Source: a virus
Virus record (IMG/VR): IMGVR_UViG_3300040807_001288
Location: 1-64,000 of that record
Length of the DNA stretch: 64,000 nt
Strand: one strand, 5' to 3'
Shown: in pieces, positions 1 through 7,766 of the stretch
Numbering within the stretch: the first letter of the stretch is position 1
Layout: each line of letters starts with the position of its first letter
Position numbers and translations under genes: made by a program
Notes under the pieces: model-generated
Databases searched by the model: none
The model's input: only the letters and a program-made list of their open reading frames with translations
Told to the model about the DNA's origin: nothing

Positions 1-7
1 CCGATCA

Positions 8-232
8 TCACTCGACCTCCTGGATGAAAATGGTCATGTAGTCGCATCCCTGACGCCAGTTGGCAATGGAACCCGTGAGGGCCTCCTCGACCCAATCCAT
101 AGACGGGTGAGCGAGTCGCTCCCTCCTGCCCTCAGCATAGGCCCTAGCCTTCGCCTCGCTGTCGAACAGCTTGAAGCTGCCAAAGCCATAGTTGTCTTCG
201 CCCTCGACCACAGTGTAGACTAGTTCGTTCAT
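8..232 (-). CDS. small hypothetical early protein (~74 aa; track start 241, more likely ATG 232)
   Basis: ORF track 8..241. A minus-strand TATAAT (240-245) overlaps the first ATG and lies 7 nt before the second, so MNELVY... is the probable leaderless start. Confidence 0.7.
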   Translation of the reverse strand: MNELVYTVVEGEDNYGFGSFKLFDSEAKARAYAEGRRERLAHPSMDWVEEALTGSIANWRQGCDYMTIFIQEVE

Positions 233-239
233 GTGTGCC

Positions 240-245
240 ATTATA
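240..245 (-). promoter_or_regulatory. sigma70-type -10 box (TATAAT), leaderless arrangement
   Basis: Minus strand reads ...GATAATATAG-TATAAT-GGCACAC-ATG; no Shine-Dalgarno sequence. Confidence 0.55.
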
Positions 246-375
246 CTATATTATCGACCATTCAGGGGGCTCTTCTTTAGTTCTCTGTCCGTTCTGAGGT
301 AGTTTTTTTCGTGTGTAAGTGCTGTGCTGACAGGGGGTTATGGCGATGCGCCCGCTGCCCCCTATGTGTGTTGTA

Positions 376-486
376 TCAGAAGATGGTGGGGATGCTGCTG
401 AGGATAGCGTACACAATCCTAATGCAGATGAGGATAGCAGGGAGGAACAGCCATGCAACGGCTACGACAGTGAGTGCTTTGATCAT
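376..486 (-). CDS. 36-aa hydrophobic single-pass membrane peptide (not in ORF track)
   Basis: Manual translation MIKALTVVAVAWLFLPAILICIRIVYAILSSIPTIF*; starts 13 nt after the stop of 500..670. Confidence 0.55.
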   Translation of the reverse strand: MIKALTVVAVAWLFLPAILICIRIVYAILSSIPTIF

Positions 487-499
487 GGTGTACAGTCTA

Positions 500-670
500 T
501 CAGAAGATGCCAAGGATGGCAAGGGCACCAAGGAGAATACCTTGAGATTTCAGAGCCTTCGGCTTGTCGCTCGGCTTGATCGTCTCTTCCATCAGTCCCT
601 TGGCATCGGCAAGGTAGACAAGGCCAACAATGAGGAAGAGGATGGCGATGGTGATCGTCTTGCTGTTCAT
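500..670 (-). CDS. 56-aa membrane protein with two hydrophobic segments (not in ORF track)
   Basis: Manual translation MNSKTITIAILFLIVGLVYLADAKGLMEETIKPSDKPKALKSQGILLGALAILGIF*; directly behind a near-consensus promoter. Confidence 0.7.
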   Translation of the reverse strand: MNSKTITIAILFLIVGLVYLADAKGLMEETIKPSDKPKALKSQGILLGALAILGIF

Positions 671-676
671 GCCCCT

Positions 677-704
677 ATTATAACATGCTCTCCAGTATAT
701 GCAA
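677..704 (-). promoter_or_regulatory. host sigma70-type early promoter, TTGCAT-N16-TATAAT with extended -10 TG
   Basis: Minus strand TTGCAT ATACTGGAGAGCATGT TATAAT AGGGGC ATG. Confidence 0.7.
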
Positions 705-779
705 GGGGTACATCCAGAAAACGCTCAGAAAATATCGCGTCGTAGGGTCCCATATTCGGACTAGCCGCACCCATGTATA

Positions 780-842
780 GGGACTCCTATTACTTTTAAC
801 GTGTCTCAAAAAATAAAAAGTTTGGGACTCCTAGGGACTCCT
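780..842. repeat. three copies of GGGACTCCT (780, 824, 834) at the early/late strand switch
   Basis: Exact 9-mers read from the sequence; related TAGGGTCCCA at 743-752. Confidence 0.8.
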
Positions 843-874
843 GAGCTATCTAATAATAGAACTTGGAGTTTGTT

Positions 875-1222
875 ATGAAATACTTGAAACGCTTGGTAGA
901 AGCTAAGAAAAAGAAGGGTCGTTGTTGGAGTGGGTACAAGCCCGCACCAGGATCAACGCCCTATAGCAAGGGTTCCTGTGTAAGGGAAGCTTACAAGCGT
1001 CTTGGATTTGTTATAGCCGAGTATGCTTTAATCAAGCCTGATCAGGATGTATCGGATGCTAGAAAAGAAGTTGAACAGGCTAGAAAGCAGGGCGCGATGG
1101 CGGCTAAAGCAATCCAAACCAATCCTAAGAATCCTAGATACCAAAAAGATTTGATAGCTGCTAACAAAAAGTTGAATCAGAACAAACCAAAAGCTTCGGA
1201 GCCTATGACCCATGAGAAGTGA
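875..1222 (+). CDS. basic putative internal head protein (CWxGY...C motif plus YKRLGFVIAE motif)
   Basis: GGAG RBS before ATG 875; MKYLKRLVEAKKKK N-terminus; K/A-rich; motif shared with four other sites in the window. Confidence 0.6.
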   Translation: MKYLKRLVEAKKKKGRCWSGYKPAPGSTPYSKGSCVREAYKRLGFVIAEYALIKPDQDVSDARKEVEQARKQGAMAAKAIQTNPKNPRYQKDLIAANKKLNQNKPKASEPMTHEK

Positions 1223-1469
1223 ACTGAGAGAATCCTATAAGCGTATCGGCTTTGTTTTAGCTGAGGTTTACCGTAGAGACATGTCGGACACTAAAGCGAC
1301 AGAGCACGCGGTGAAGGCTAAGAAAAAGCTTGATCAGTCTAGATCTGATTTTAGATCTGCGAAGCCTGGGTCAGATGAGCAGAAGAACTCTTTAACGAGG
1401 CAGGGCCGTGCGGTAGCTGTGTACCGAGGGCGTCTAGATCAAACTGATCCAAATGGAGGAAAGACATGA
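1212..1469 (+). CDS. basic putative internal head protein (RESYKRIGFVLAE motif)
   Basis: N-terminal motif nearly identical to the one in 875..1222, followed by an unrelated basic tail. Confidence 0.6.
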   Translation: MRSELRESYKRIGFVLAEVYRRDMSDTKATEHAVKAKKKLDQSRSDFRSAKPGSDEQKNSLTRQGRAVAVYRGRLDQTDPNGGKT

Positions 1470-2746
1470 GAGATAATGAGAGACAGTGCAGAGCACTAGA
1501 TGATTTGTTAGAACAATATTACGAGAGAGCGCGTGCTATCTTGGAGAGTTGTGAGTATTCAGAGCCTGAGCCTGTGGACCCTGAGCCCATTGAGCCTGAG
1601 CCTGAACCGATTGAGCCTGAGCCGATTGATCCTCCTTCGTATGAGTTCATGGCGCTTCGTTGTGCTCGTAACACGGTAGAGCAGAACAAGGTAGTGGCGT
1701 TGCCCGCGATGAGGGCTAATAGAAAGCCTCGAACCTTGGTTGGAGCGATTGGAGATGTTAGAAGAGGTGATTGGAAGGAGGGTAATCTTCTTAAAGAGAA
1801 CCTTGAGTCTGTTGTTCCCAAGGGCTATAACCAATGGTCTTCTAACCTTCATAAGGAGTTCCCTGAGCGTCCTGGTGTATACACTTGGAAGAACATTGGA
1901 GTATCTCCTGAGCTTCGTCCTGAGTTGGCTAGACAGCTTAAGTGGGGTACGCGGGAGTTCAACGCTTCTATGCGTGAGTTTTTACAATGTGATTTTACTG
2001 ACATTCCTAGAGAGCATGGTCTCTATGTATCGAACTATGAGGGGACGAAGGTAGATGAATGCACGTTCCTACGTTGTGGTTCTCAAGGAGTTCAGTTTGC
2101 TCACCGTGAGCTTCCCTATCAACAGTATGACGCGGACACCCTTCCGTACTCAGCGAAGCCGTACCACAGTTTAAGAGATTGTCACTTCGTTGATAATGCC
2201 TACAAGGGCGACCGTCCCAGCTTCAATGCAACCTACTTCGATGCGGGTACAAGCGAGTTCCCAGGTACGTTGCTGGTTGAGAACTGCTCATTCGTCGCTG
2301 ACTGGCCTGAAGCTCGTTCGGACGGTAAGAAGTCTACTGGTGGTCTGGTTGTGACTCACGCTCAAGGCAACCCCGATCTCAAGGATCAGAACATGATGGA
2401 GCTAGTTCATATTAAGAACTGCCTGTTTGATTTCACGAAAGGTGATAGAGCTATGGCTTCTCTACGCTCTGTGGATGAGATTATCATTGAGGACTCTTGC
2501 TTCATTGCTAGAGACCACACCATGCCTTTTGTTACTATCGACAAAGATTACGGTCAAATGGGTAACACCAAGACCAAGGTTATTCGTCTTCGCAACTGCA
2601 TCGGACTTGGTGGAGTTAAGGTAAATGTTCTTCTACCAAAGATTGACGGTAAGCAGATTTCTAAGAAAATTGATCTTCACTGCCCTGGTGAGGAAGTGGT
2701 TATTGACGGGGTTACTGGTGAGGTTATCCGTAGGGTAGCTCTGTAA
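1466..2746 (+). CDS. right-handed beta-helix (pectin-lyase-like) protein on a Pro/Glu linker
   Basis: Repeated beta-helix rungs (VDECTF, LRDCHF, VENCSF, IKNCLF, IEDSCF, LRNCIG) after an EPEPxxPEP linker. Confidence 0.6.
   Translation: MRDNERQCRALDDLLEQYYERARAILESCEYSEPEPVDPEPIEPEPEPIEPEPIDPPSYEFMALRCARNTVEQNKVVALPAMRANRKPRTLVGAIGDVRRGDWKEGNLLKENLESVVPKGYNQWSSNLHKEFPERPGVYTWKNIGVSPELRPELARQLKWGTREFNASMREFLQCDFTDIPREHGLYVSNYEGTKVDECTFLRCGSQGVQFAHRELPYQQYDADTLPYSAKPYHSLRDCHFVDNAYKGDRPSFNATYFDAGTSEFPGTLLVENCSFVADWPEARSDGKKSTGGLVVTHAQGNPDLKDQNMMELVHIKNCLFDFTKGDRAMASLRSVDEIIIEDSCFIARDHTMPFVTIDKDYGQMGNTKTKVIRLRNCIGLGGVKVNVLLPKIDGKQISKKIDLHCPGEEVVIDGVTGEVIRRVAL
1562..1633 (+). repeat. GAGCCT-based coding repeat (EPEPVDPEPIEPEPEPIEPEPIDP)
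   Basis: Tandem degenerate repeat seen directly. Confidence 0.85.
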
Positions 2747-2806
2747 TTTTCCGCGAAAAGCTTAGATAGTTGAAAAGAAAGAACAAGGGATTTAGAAACA
2801 AAGACC

Positions 2807-2813
2807 CTAGATA
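2807..2813 (+). promoter_or_regulatory. candidate late promoter CTAGATA
   Basis: Matches the xTAnATA motif that recurs in intergenic gaps before structural genes. Confidence 0.4.
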
Positions 2814-2823
2814 TTTTGAGAAG

Positions 2824-2858
2824 CTGGCGGAAGCGAAGAAAAAGCTCCGCTGGTTTTT
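2824..2858 (+). terminator. terminator-like hairpin with T-tract
   Basis: CTGGCGG(A)AGC-loop-GCTCCGCTGG followed by TTTTT; the stem needs G-U pairs and a bulge. Confidence 0.4.
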
Positions 2859-2893
2859 CATCAAAGAATCTAGAAAGAAACTAGGAGTTCAAA

Positions 2894-3100
2894 ATGATTT
2901 CAAAAGAAAAGATAGAGGCTAAACTAGCTGCACTCCCTGCCAAGTCGGGACACGCAAGAGTTCTTCGGAGAAAGCTTGAGAAAAGATTCCCTGTTGAAGT
3001 CCCCGCGCCGCCTGTAGTAGAGAAGGTTGTTGAGCCTGTGGTAGAAGAGGTTGAAGAGAAGCCTAAGAAGCGTACCGTCCGTAAAAAGAAGGAAGACTAA
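2894..3100 (+). CDS. small charged hypothetical protein
   Basis: AGGAG RBS; V/E/P-rich middle and KPKKRTVRKKK tail. Confidence 0.7.
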   Translation: MISKEKIEAKLAALPAKSGHARVLRRKLEKRFPVEVPAPPVVEKVVEPVVEEVEEKPKKRTVRKKKED

Positions 3101-3711
3101 ACCTCTTTTATTACCCATCCGCTAAGATATTGGACACCACCGACACGGTTTGCGAACTCATGTCGGTGGTTTCCGTCTATAAGCTCTAGGAGGCCCTGTG
3201 GCGTCTCGTAAATAAGAACGTCATCCATCTTACTCGGATCCCAATAAGTGTCCTTGATGGGCCTTACAGGCTGCAAATATCGAACGATGTTCTCCAAAGG
3301 GATACTAGCCTTGTACTGCATCTCAAAAATCGGCTTAGAGTACATCCTGGCGAGCTTGTATTGAGCCGTGCAATCATCATCGTCGCGCCAATCTCCAACA
3401 AATAATACAAAGCTGGACTCGCCAATCATTTTTTGACGCTCTTGTTCGCTCTTATTGTAGCCATGAACGATAGAAAGCTTCATGGCTTGGTAGTATTGCT
3501 CGGTATCACGCTTAATTTTGTGATTTATGAGGCCCTGGATGCGCGAGTGCAGGTAATTTTTCGCGTTTTTCAACAGTTCTGAGTCTTCTTTCCTGCCCGC
3601 GCCGTAAATCCTGACCGAATTTCGGATAATTTTGTTGAAATCCTCATTCATCGGGTGCGGCCAACGGTTTTCGCGGGTCACTCCTCCTGTATATCCGATA
3701 ATTTTGTCCAT
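3097..3711 (-). CDS. ParB/Srx-domain protein with a possible N-terminal NDT/DUF4406-like domain
   Basis: C-terminal LELIDGNHR is the ParB N-terminal signature. FVLFVGDW...YKLARMYSKPIF resembles the C-terminal part of the nucleoside deoxyribosyltransferase-like fold. Confidence 0.55.
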   Translation of the reverse strand: MDKIIGYTGGVTRENRWPHPMNEDFNKIIRNSVRIYGAGRKEDSELLKNAKNYLHSRIQGLINHKIKRDTEQYYQAMKLSIVHGYNKSEQERQKMIGESSFVLFVGDWRDDDDCTAQYKLARMYSKPIFEMQYKASIPLENIVRYLQPVRPIKDTYWDPSKMDDVLIYETPQGLLELIDGNHRHEFANRVGGVQYLSGWVIKEV

Positions 3712-3712
3712 T

Positions 3713-4405
3713 TTACAGTTCTATCTTGATCGGAAGGTCATTTTTTGAAATAAATGCCTCTCTATTCTTGTGCCAGGAGTCTCTACCCACCAATTCTCCT
3801 CTAGAATTGTGTAGAATGTTCATATCTAGAACTTTGTTGGTGTATCCTTTCAGAAATGCGGAGGTGGTGTAGTGAATATCATAAAAATCCCACTCGCCCT
3901 CGAAGTGGTCTGGCTTTTCTAGCCCCACATCCCTAATTATTTTGGCTTTGGCGGCTAAGAATAGACCATCGAGAGCCACAACATCATCAGGCTCACCATA
4001 GTAGGTCATATATTCTTCTCCTACTTTATTTAGATGATATACTTTGCCCCTGTGCTTGCCTTCTCTCCAAATATCCTGATCCCACCAAACGGCGTTCTCT
4101 GAAAGGTGAGTAGTTCCCGCAGGGCCAACAAAGCCTGTCTCTGGGAGACTACATAAGTTGACTAGCTTCGTTACGAACTCTTCTGGTTCATCTCGTATTA
4201 CGATATCATCATGACAGAAGATTATAATATCTTCATCGTCTGGATTAGCCTGTTCAAACGCTTGCTGGTACGCTTTGAAGATAGATGTAGCTCCAGAGTT
4301 GACAAAAAGGCCGACTCCACAGGATTTCAAGTATTCAACTAAATCAACTGTCGTTTTGGTGACCTTGTTTGCGTCTCGGGTACATAAAATAGCGTATATC
4401 TTCAT
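3713..4405 (-). CDS. GT-A fold glycosyltransferase (GT2-like)
   Basis: IIIFCHDD (DxD-type), VVALDGLFLA, WDFYDIH and late ILHNSRG motifs. Confidence 0.8.
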   Translation of the reverse strand: MKIYAILCTRDANKVTKTTVDLVEYLKSCGVGLFVNSGATSIFKAYQQAFEQANPDDEDIIIFCHDDIVIRDEPEEFVTKLVNLCSLPETGFVGPAGTTHLSENAVWWDQDIWREGKHRGKVYHLNKVGEEYMTYYGEPDDVVALDGLFLAAKAKIIRDVGLEKPDHFEGEWDFYDIHYTTSAFLKGYTNKVLDMNILHNSRGELVGRDSWHKNREAFISKNDLPIKIEL

Positions 4406-4438
4406 ACACTATAATATGATAGTGGTTTTTAGCTGTTT

Positions 4439-5983
4439 ATGGAAAATCAAAAATTATTACAAGAATTTAAGAAGTGTGCGGACGATCCCTCATACTTTAT
4501 CTCCAATTATATCAAGGTAACTCACCCAGTTCGTGGGTTAGTTCCATTCAAGCTGTATCCATTCCAAGAAAGGATACTTGGAGATCTTGAAGAGCATAGA
4601 TTCAATATCCTCCGCAAGTTCCGTCAGGCAGGTTGTACTACGATTGCTGCTGGGTGGTCATTATGGACCATTATCTTTCAGAAGCACAAATCAGTTGTTA
4701 TTCTTTCCAAAGGTGACGCCGAGTCTACCGAGGTACTTGATAGAATCAAACTTATGTATGATGAACTTCCTGAGTTCTTAAAGCCAGGGATTATAGAAGA
4801 TAACAAGCATACACTCAAACTAAAAACTAACTCAATTATTAAATCGAGACCTTCTGGTAAGCAGTCGGGTCGATCACTTGCTGGATCCTTACTAATTATT
4901 GATGAGGCTGCATTCATTGAAAATATTGATACTATTTGGGCTGCTGTTTATCCGATTATTTCTACAGGTGGTCGTGCTTTCGTGCTTTCTACTGTCAACG
5001 GTATCGGTAACTGGTATCATGAAGTTTATCAAAAAGCTCTGGACGGGGAAAACTCCTTCCACCCCATAGACATTCGCTGGCAAGAACACCCAGAGTATAA
5101 CTTTACTCCTGGGTTTGAGCATCTCTATGAGCAGATGGCCGAGAAGGAATTAGACATTCACAAGTGGGAAGAAACCACTAGGGCCAACATGCCCACGAAA
5201 CAATGGTTGCAAGAGTACGAGTGCAGTTTCCTAGGCACGGGTGATACCTTCGTAGAAGGTGAAGTTCTCAAGAATATCTCAGCCCAAACCAGCGAGGAGT
5301 ATTACACTAAGTATAACAACCGAATGCGAGTATGGCAAGACCCTGAGCCTCATTATTCGTACTTAATATCCTGTGATACATCGTTGGGTAGAGATCGAGA
5401 CTACTCTGCGTTCCATGTAATCAACATGTATAACGGTCAGCAGGTGGCTGAGTTCTACTCAAATAAAACTTCTATCAATGATTTTGCAAAGATCATATTT
5501 AACGAAGGTATGGCATACAACGTGGCGACTGTTGTAGCTGAGAGAAACACTATCGGAAACAACCTTATCGACTGGCTGTATAATAACTACGAGTATGAGA
5601 ACTTGTGGTCTGATGATAGGGACGAACTTGGATTTCAGGTAACGGCTAAGAACAGGGAAAGTGTTCTAGCAGAGCTAGAAGAAGCTTTGAGGACTGACGC
5701 TATAAAAGTAAACTCTACCAGGACCTGTGATGAGCTAATGACCTTTATCATTTCAGAGAATGGAAAGGCTCAAGCTGAGAAAAATCATCACGACGATCTG
5801 GTCATGAGTTTGGCTATTGCGGTGCATGTCTACAAAAACTTACTTGATTCGACTCCTATGGAGTTTGTGACAAGGCTAGATAAAAATGAGAGAATGCCTC
5901 TTCCCTCGAAGATGTATAAACATAGATTCAAGACTCCTGCGGGTCATATAGCCGAGGAAGATTACAGATGGCTGATAAAGTAA
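4439..5983 (+). CDS. terL: terminase large subunit (T4 gp17-like)
   Basis: LYPFQ Q-motif, KFRQAGCTT deviant Walker A, LIIDEAAF Walker B, STVNG coupling motif, RNaseH-like nuclease acidic residues (CDTSLG, DYSA, HDDLVMS). Confidence 0.95.
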   Translation: MENQKLLQEFKKCADDPSYFISNYIKVTHPVRGLVPFKLYPFQERILGDLEEHRFNILRKFRQAGCTTIAAGWSLWTIIFQKHKSVVILSKGDAESTEVLDRIKLMYDELPEFLKPGIIEDNKHTLKLKTNSIIKSRPSGKQSGRSLAGSLLIIDEAAFIENIDTIWAAVYPIISTGGRAFVLSTVNGIGNWYHEVYQKALDGENSFHPIDIRWQEHPEYNFTPGFEHLYEQMAEKELDIHKWEETTRANMPTKQWLQEYECSFLGTGDTFVEGEVLKNISAQTSEEYYTKYNNRMRVWQDPEPHYSYLISCDTSLGRDRDYSAFHVINMYNGQQVAEFYSNKTSINDFAKIIFNEGMAYNVATVVAERNTIGNNLIDWLYNNYEYENLWSDDRDELGFQVTAKNRESVLAELEEALRTDAIKVNSTRTCDELMTFIISENGKAQAEKNHHDDLVMSLAIAVHVYKNLLDSTPMEFVTRLDKNERMPLPSKMYKHRFKTPAGHIAEEDYRWLIK

Positions 5984-7725
5984 AAGAACAAATAGATGAG
6001 AGCGGGTACACCAATTTTGGTGGTACACAAAATAGGGCGGGGTCCTACTACACTCCTTCAGGCCCAATCGGTAGATTTTTTGCAAAATTCTTTGCAACAA
6101 AAGCTCAGATCCCTGCCGCTGCGGCGATAGACGGAAATGTCACTCCAGAGACAGGTGATACGGTAATATCCACAGAGGTTATTAAAGATCTTTCTGTTGA
6201 TGGTGGGCCAGCAGTTGGTGGAGTTAGCAGAAACCCAATCCTTCCACAACTAGAGCTAAACAGACGCCGTAGATACAAAGAGTACGAGGAGATGGATGAG
6301 TATCCAGAGATTGGTGCTGCTTTCGATATCTACGCTGACGACTCAACTCAAAGAGGCTTACGCGGACAGCGTTGGCAAGTTAAATCCGACAATGAGATGG
6401 TTGTCGATGAGGTAGAGTCGTTCTTTACTCAAATACGTCTGGACAAGTATATTTGGGACATTGTTCGGAACACCGTGAAGTATGGCGACTGCTTTACTGA
6501 ACTTATTTTAGATGTTAATAAGCCTGTAGAAGGTATTAAGAAAATTAAGATCTTGAACCCGAACTGGATCCTAAGAGTTGAGAATGAGTTTGGATACTTA
6601 AAAAAGTTCTTGCAAGAAATACCTAATTCAGAATCACTCTCATATGCGGAAGTCGGCCAGTCCAATCAAAATAGACCTGTCAAGTATATTGAGCTTGACA
6701 AGAATCAGATTGTCCACTTCAGACTTCATACGTCAGATCCTATCTTCTATCCTTACGGAAAAAGCATTGCGGCTCTTTGCCATAGAGTCTTTAGATCCCT
6801 CAAGATGATGGAAGACGCCATGATGATCTACCGCCTGTCTAGAGCACCTGAGCGTAGAATTTTCTACATTGACACAGGAAACCTGCCTACAAGCAAGGCT
6901 GAAATGTTCATCGAGCGTATCAAACAAAAGTTCAAGAAAGAGAAGTTCTACAATAGTCCAAAGGGTACTGTGGATTCTAGATATAACCCAATGTCAATGG
7001 ATGAGGACTTTTTTGTTCCAACCAAGAATGGTCGAGGAACAAAAATTGACACACTCCCAGGGGCTATGAATCTAGGTGAGATTGAAGACGTTAGATACTA
7101 TCGAGATAAGCTTCTAGCGGGACTCAAGATTCCTAAGGATTATATTGTTGAAAAGGAACAGTCTCCAGAGAGAAAAGCCAACCTTTCCCAGCTTGATGTA
7201 AAATTTGCAAGAACCATTCAGCGAGTTCAAGTTGATGTTGAGACTGGGCTTGAGAACATGGCTAAAAGACACCTTCAGCTTAGGGGATTCCCTGCTGGAG
7301 TTATTAAAGAACTAAGAATTAAACTTCCTGAGCCCTCTGAGATTTCTGAGAAGCGCAAGCTAGACATTGATGAGCAAAAGACCAAAGCTGTCAGTGATTT
7401 CATGAACCTTGGATTGTTCTCGAAGGAAAGTATCTACAAAGAGTTCTACGATATGAACGACGAAGAGATTCGTAGAATGAAGGCTGAAGTTGAGAAAGAA
7501 CAGGCAGATGATGCGGCTCAACAGCAAGCTCAAGCTGAAGGAGGAGGGACAGAGCCCACAGGCGCTTCGGGTCAAGAACCTGCGGAAAATACTCCTCCCA
7601 CAGCTAACGAGAGCACCGACTATGGTATAAAGTTTGTCATGGAAGGGACTCAGGACGAAGAGACTAGACAAGTTTTAGCTAGGATTCTAGAAAAACAAAA
7701 GCAAAAATCAAATACAGAGAAATAA
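5968..7725 (+). CDS. gp20: portal protein (T4 gp20-like)
   Basis: MEDAMMIYRLSRAPERRIFYIDTGNLP..KAE, EDFFVP, IDTLPG..NLGEIEDVRY are T4 portal motifs. Confidence 0.95.
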   Translation: MADKVKEQIDESGYTNFGGTQNRAGSYYTPSGPIGRFFAKFFATKAQIPAAAAIDGNVTPETGDTVISTEVIKDLSVDGGPAVGGVSRNPILPQLELNRRRRYKEYEEMDEYPEIGAAFDIYADDSTQRGLRGQRWQVKSDNEMVVDEVESFFTQIRLDKYIWDIVRNTVKYGDCFTELILDVNKPVEGIKKIKILNPNWILRVENEFGYLKKFLQEIPNSESLSYAEVGQSNQNRPVKYIELDKNQIVHFRLHTSDPIFYPYGKSIAALCHRVFRSLKMMEDAMMIYRLSRAPERRIFYIDTGNLPTSKAEMFIERIKQKFKKEKFYNSPKGTVDSRYNPMSMDEDFFVPTKNGRGTKIDTLPGAMNLGEIEDVRYYRDKLLAGLKIPKDYIVEKEQSPERKANLSQLDVKFARTIQRVQVDVETGLENMAKRHLQLRGFPAGVIKELRIKLPEPSEISEKRKLDIDEQKTKAVSDFMNLGLFSKESIYKEFYDMNDEEIRRMKAEVEKEQADDAAQQQAQAEGGGTEPTGASGQEPAENTPPTANESTDYGIKFVMEGTQDEETRQVLARILEKQKQKSNTEK

Positions 7726-7731
7726 AAAAGT

Positions 7732-7738
7732 CTATATA
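7732..7738 (+). promoter_or_regulatory. candidate late promoter CTATATA
   Basis: In the 41-bp gap before 7767; recurring motif. Confidence 0.5.
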
Positions 7739-7766
7739 ACTTAGACATAGCCTTACGGAGAAAAAT

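Noticed and set aside
316-365. Imperfect palindrome TAAGT-N15-GGTTA and an AGGGGG/CCCCCT stem in the early intergenic region
   Set aside because: Single degenerate occurrence in this window; cannot be distinguished from chance without the rest of the early region.
246-745. ORF-track ORFs 311..745 (+), 340..579 (+) and 246..458 (-)
   Set aside because: They are shadows of the two short minus-strand membrane ORFs, which have a clear promoter and coherent hydrophobic sequences.
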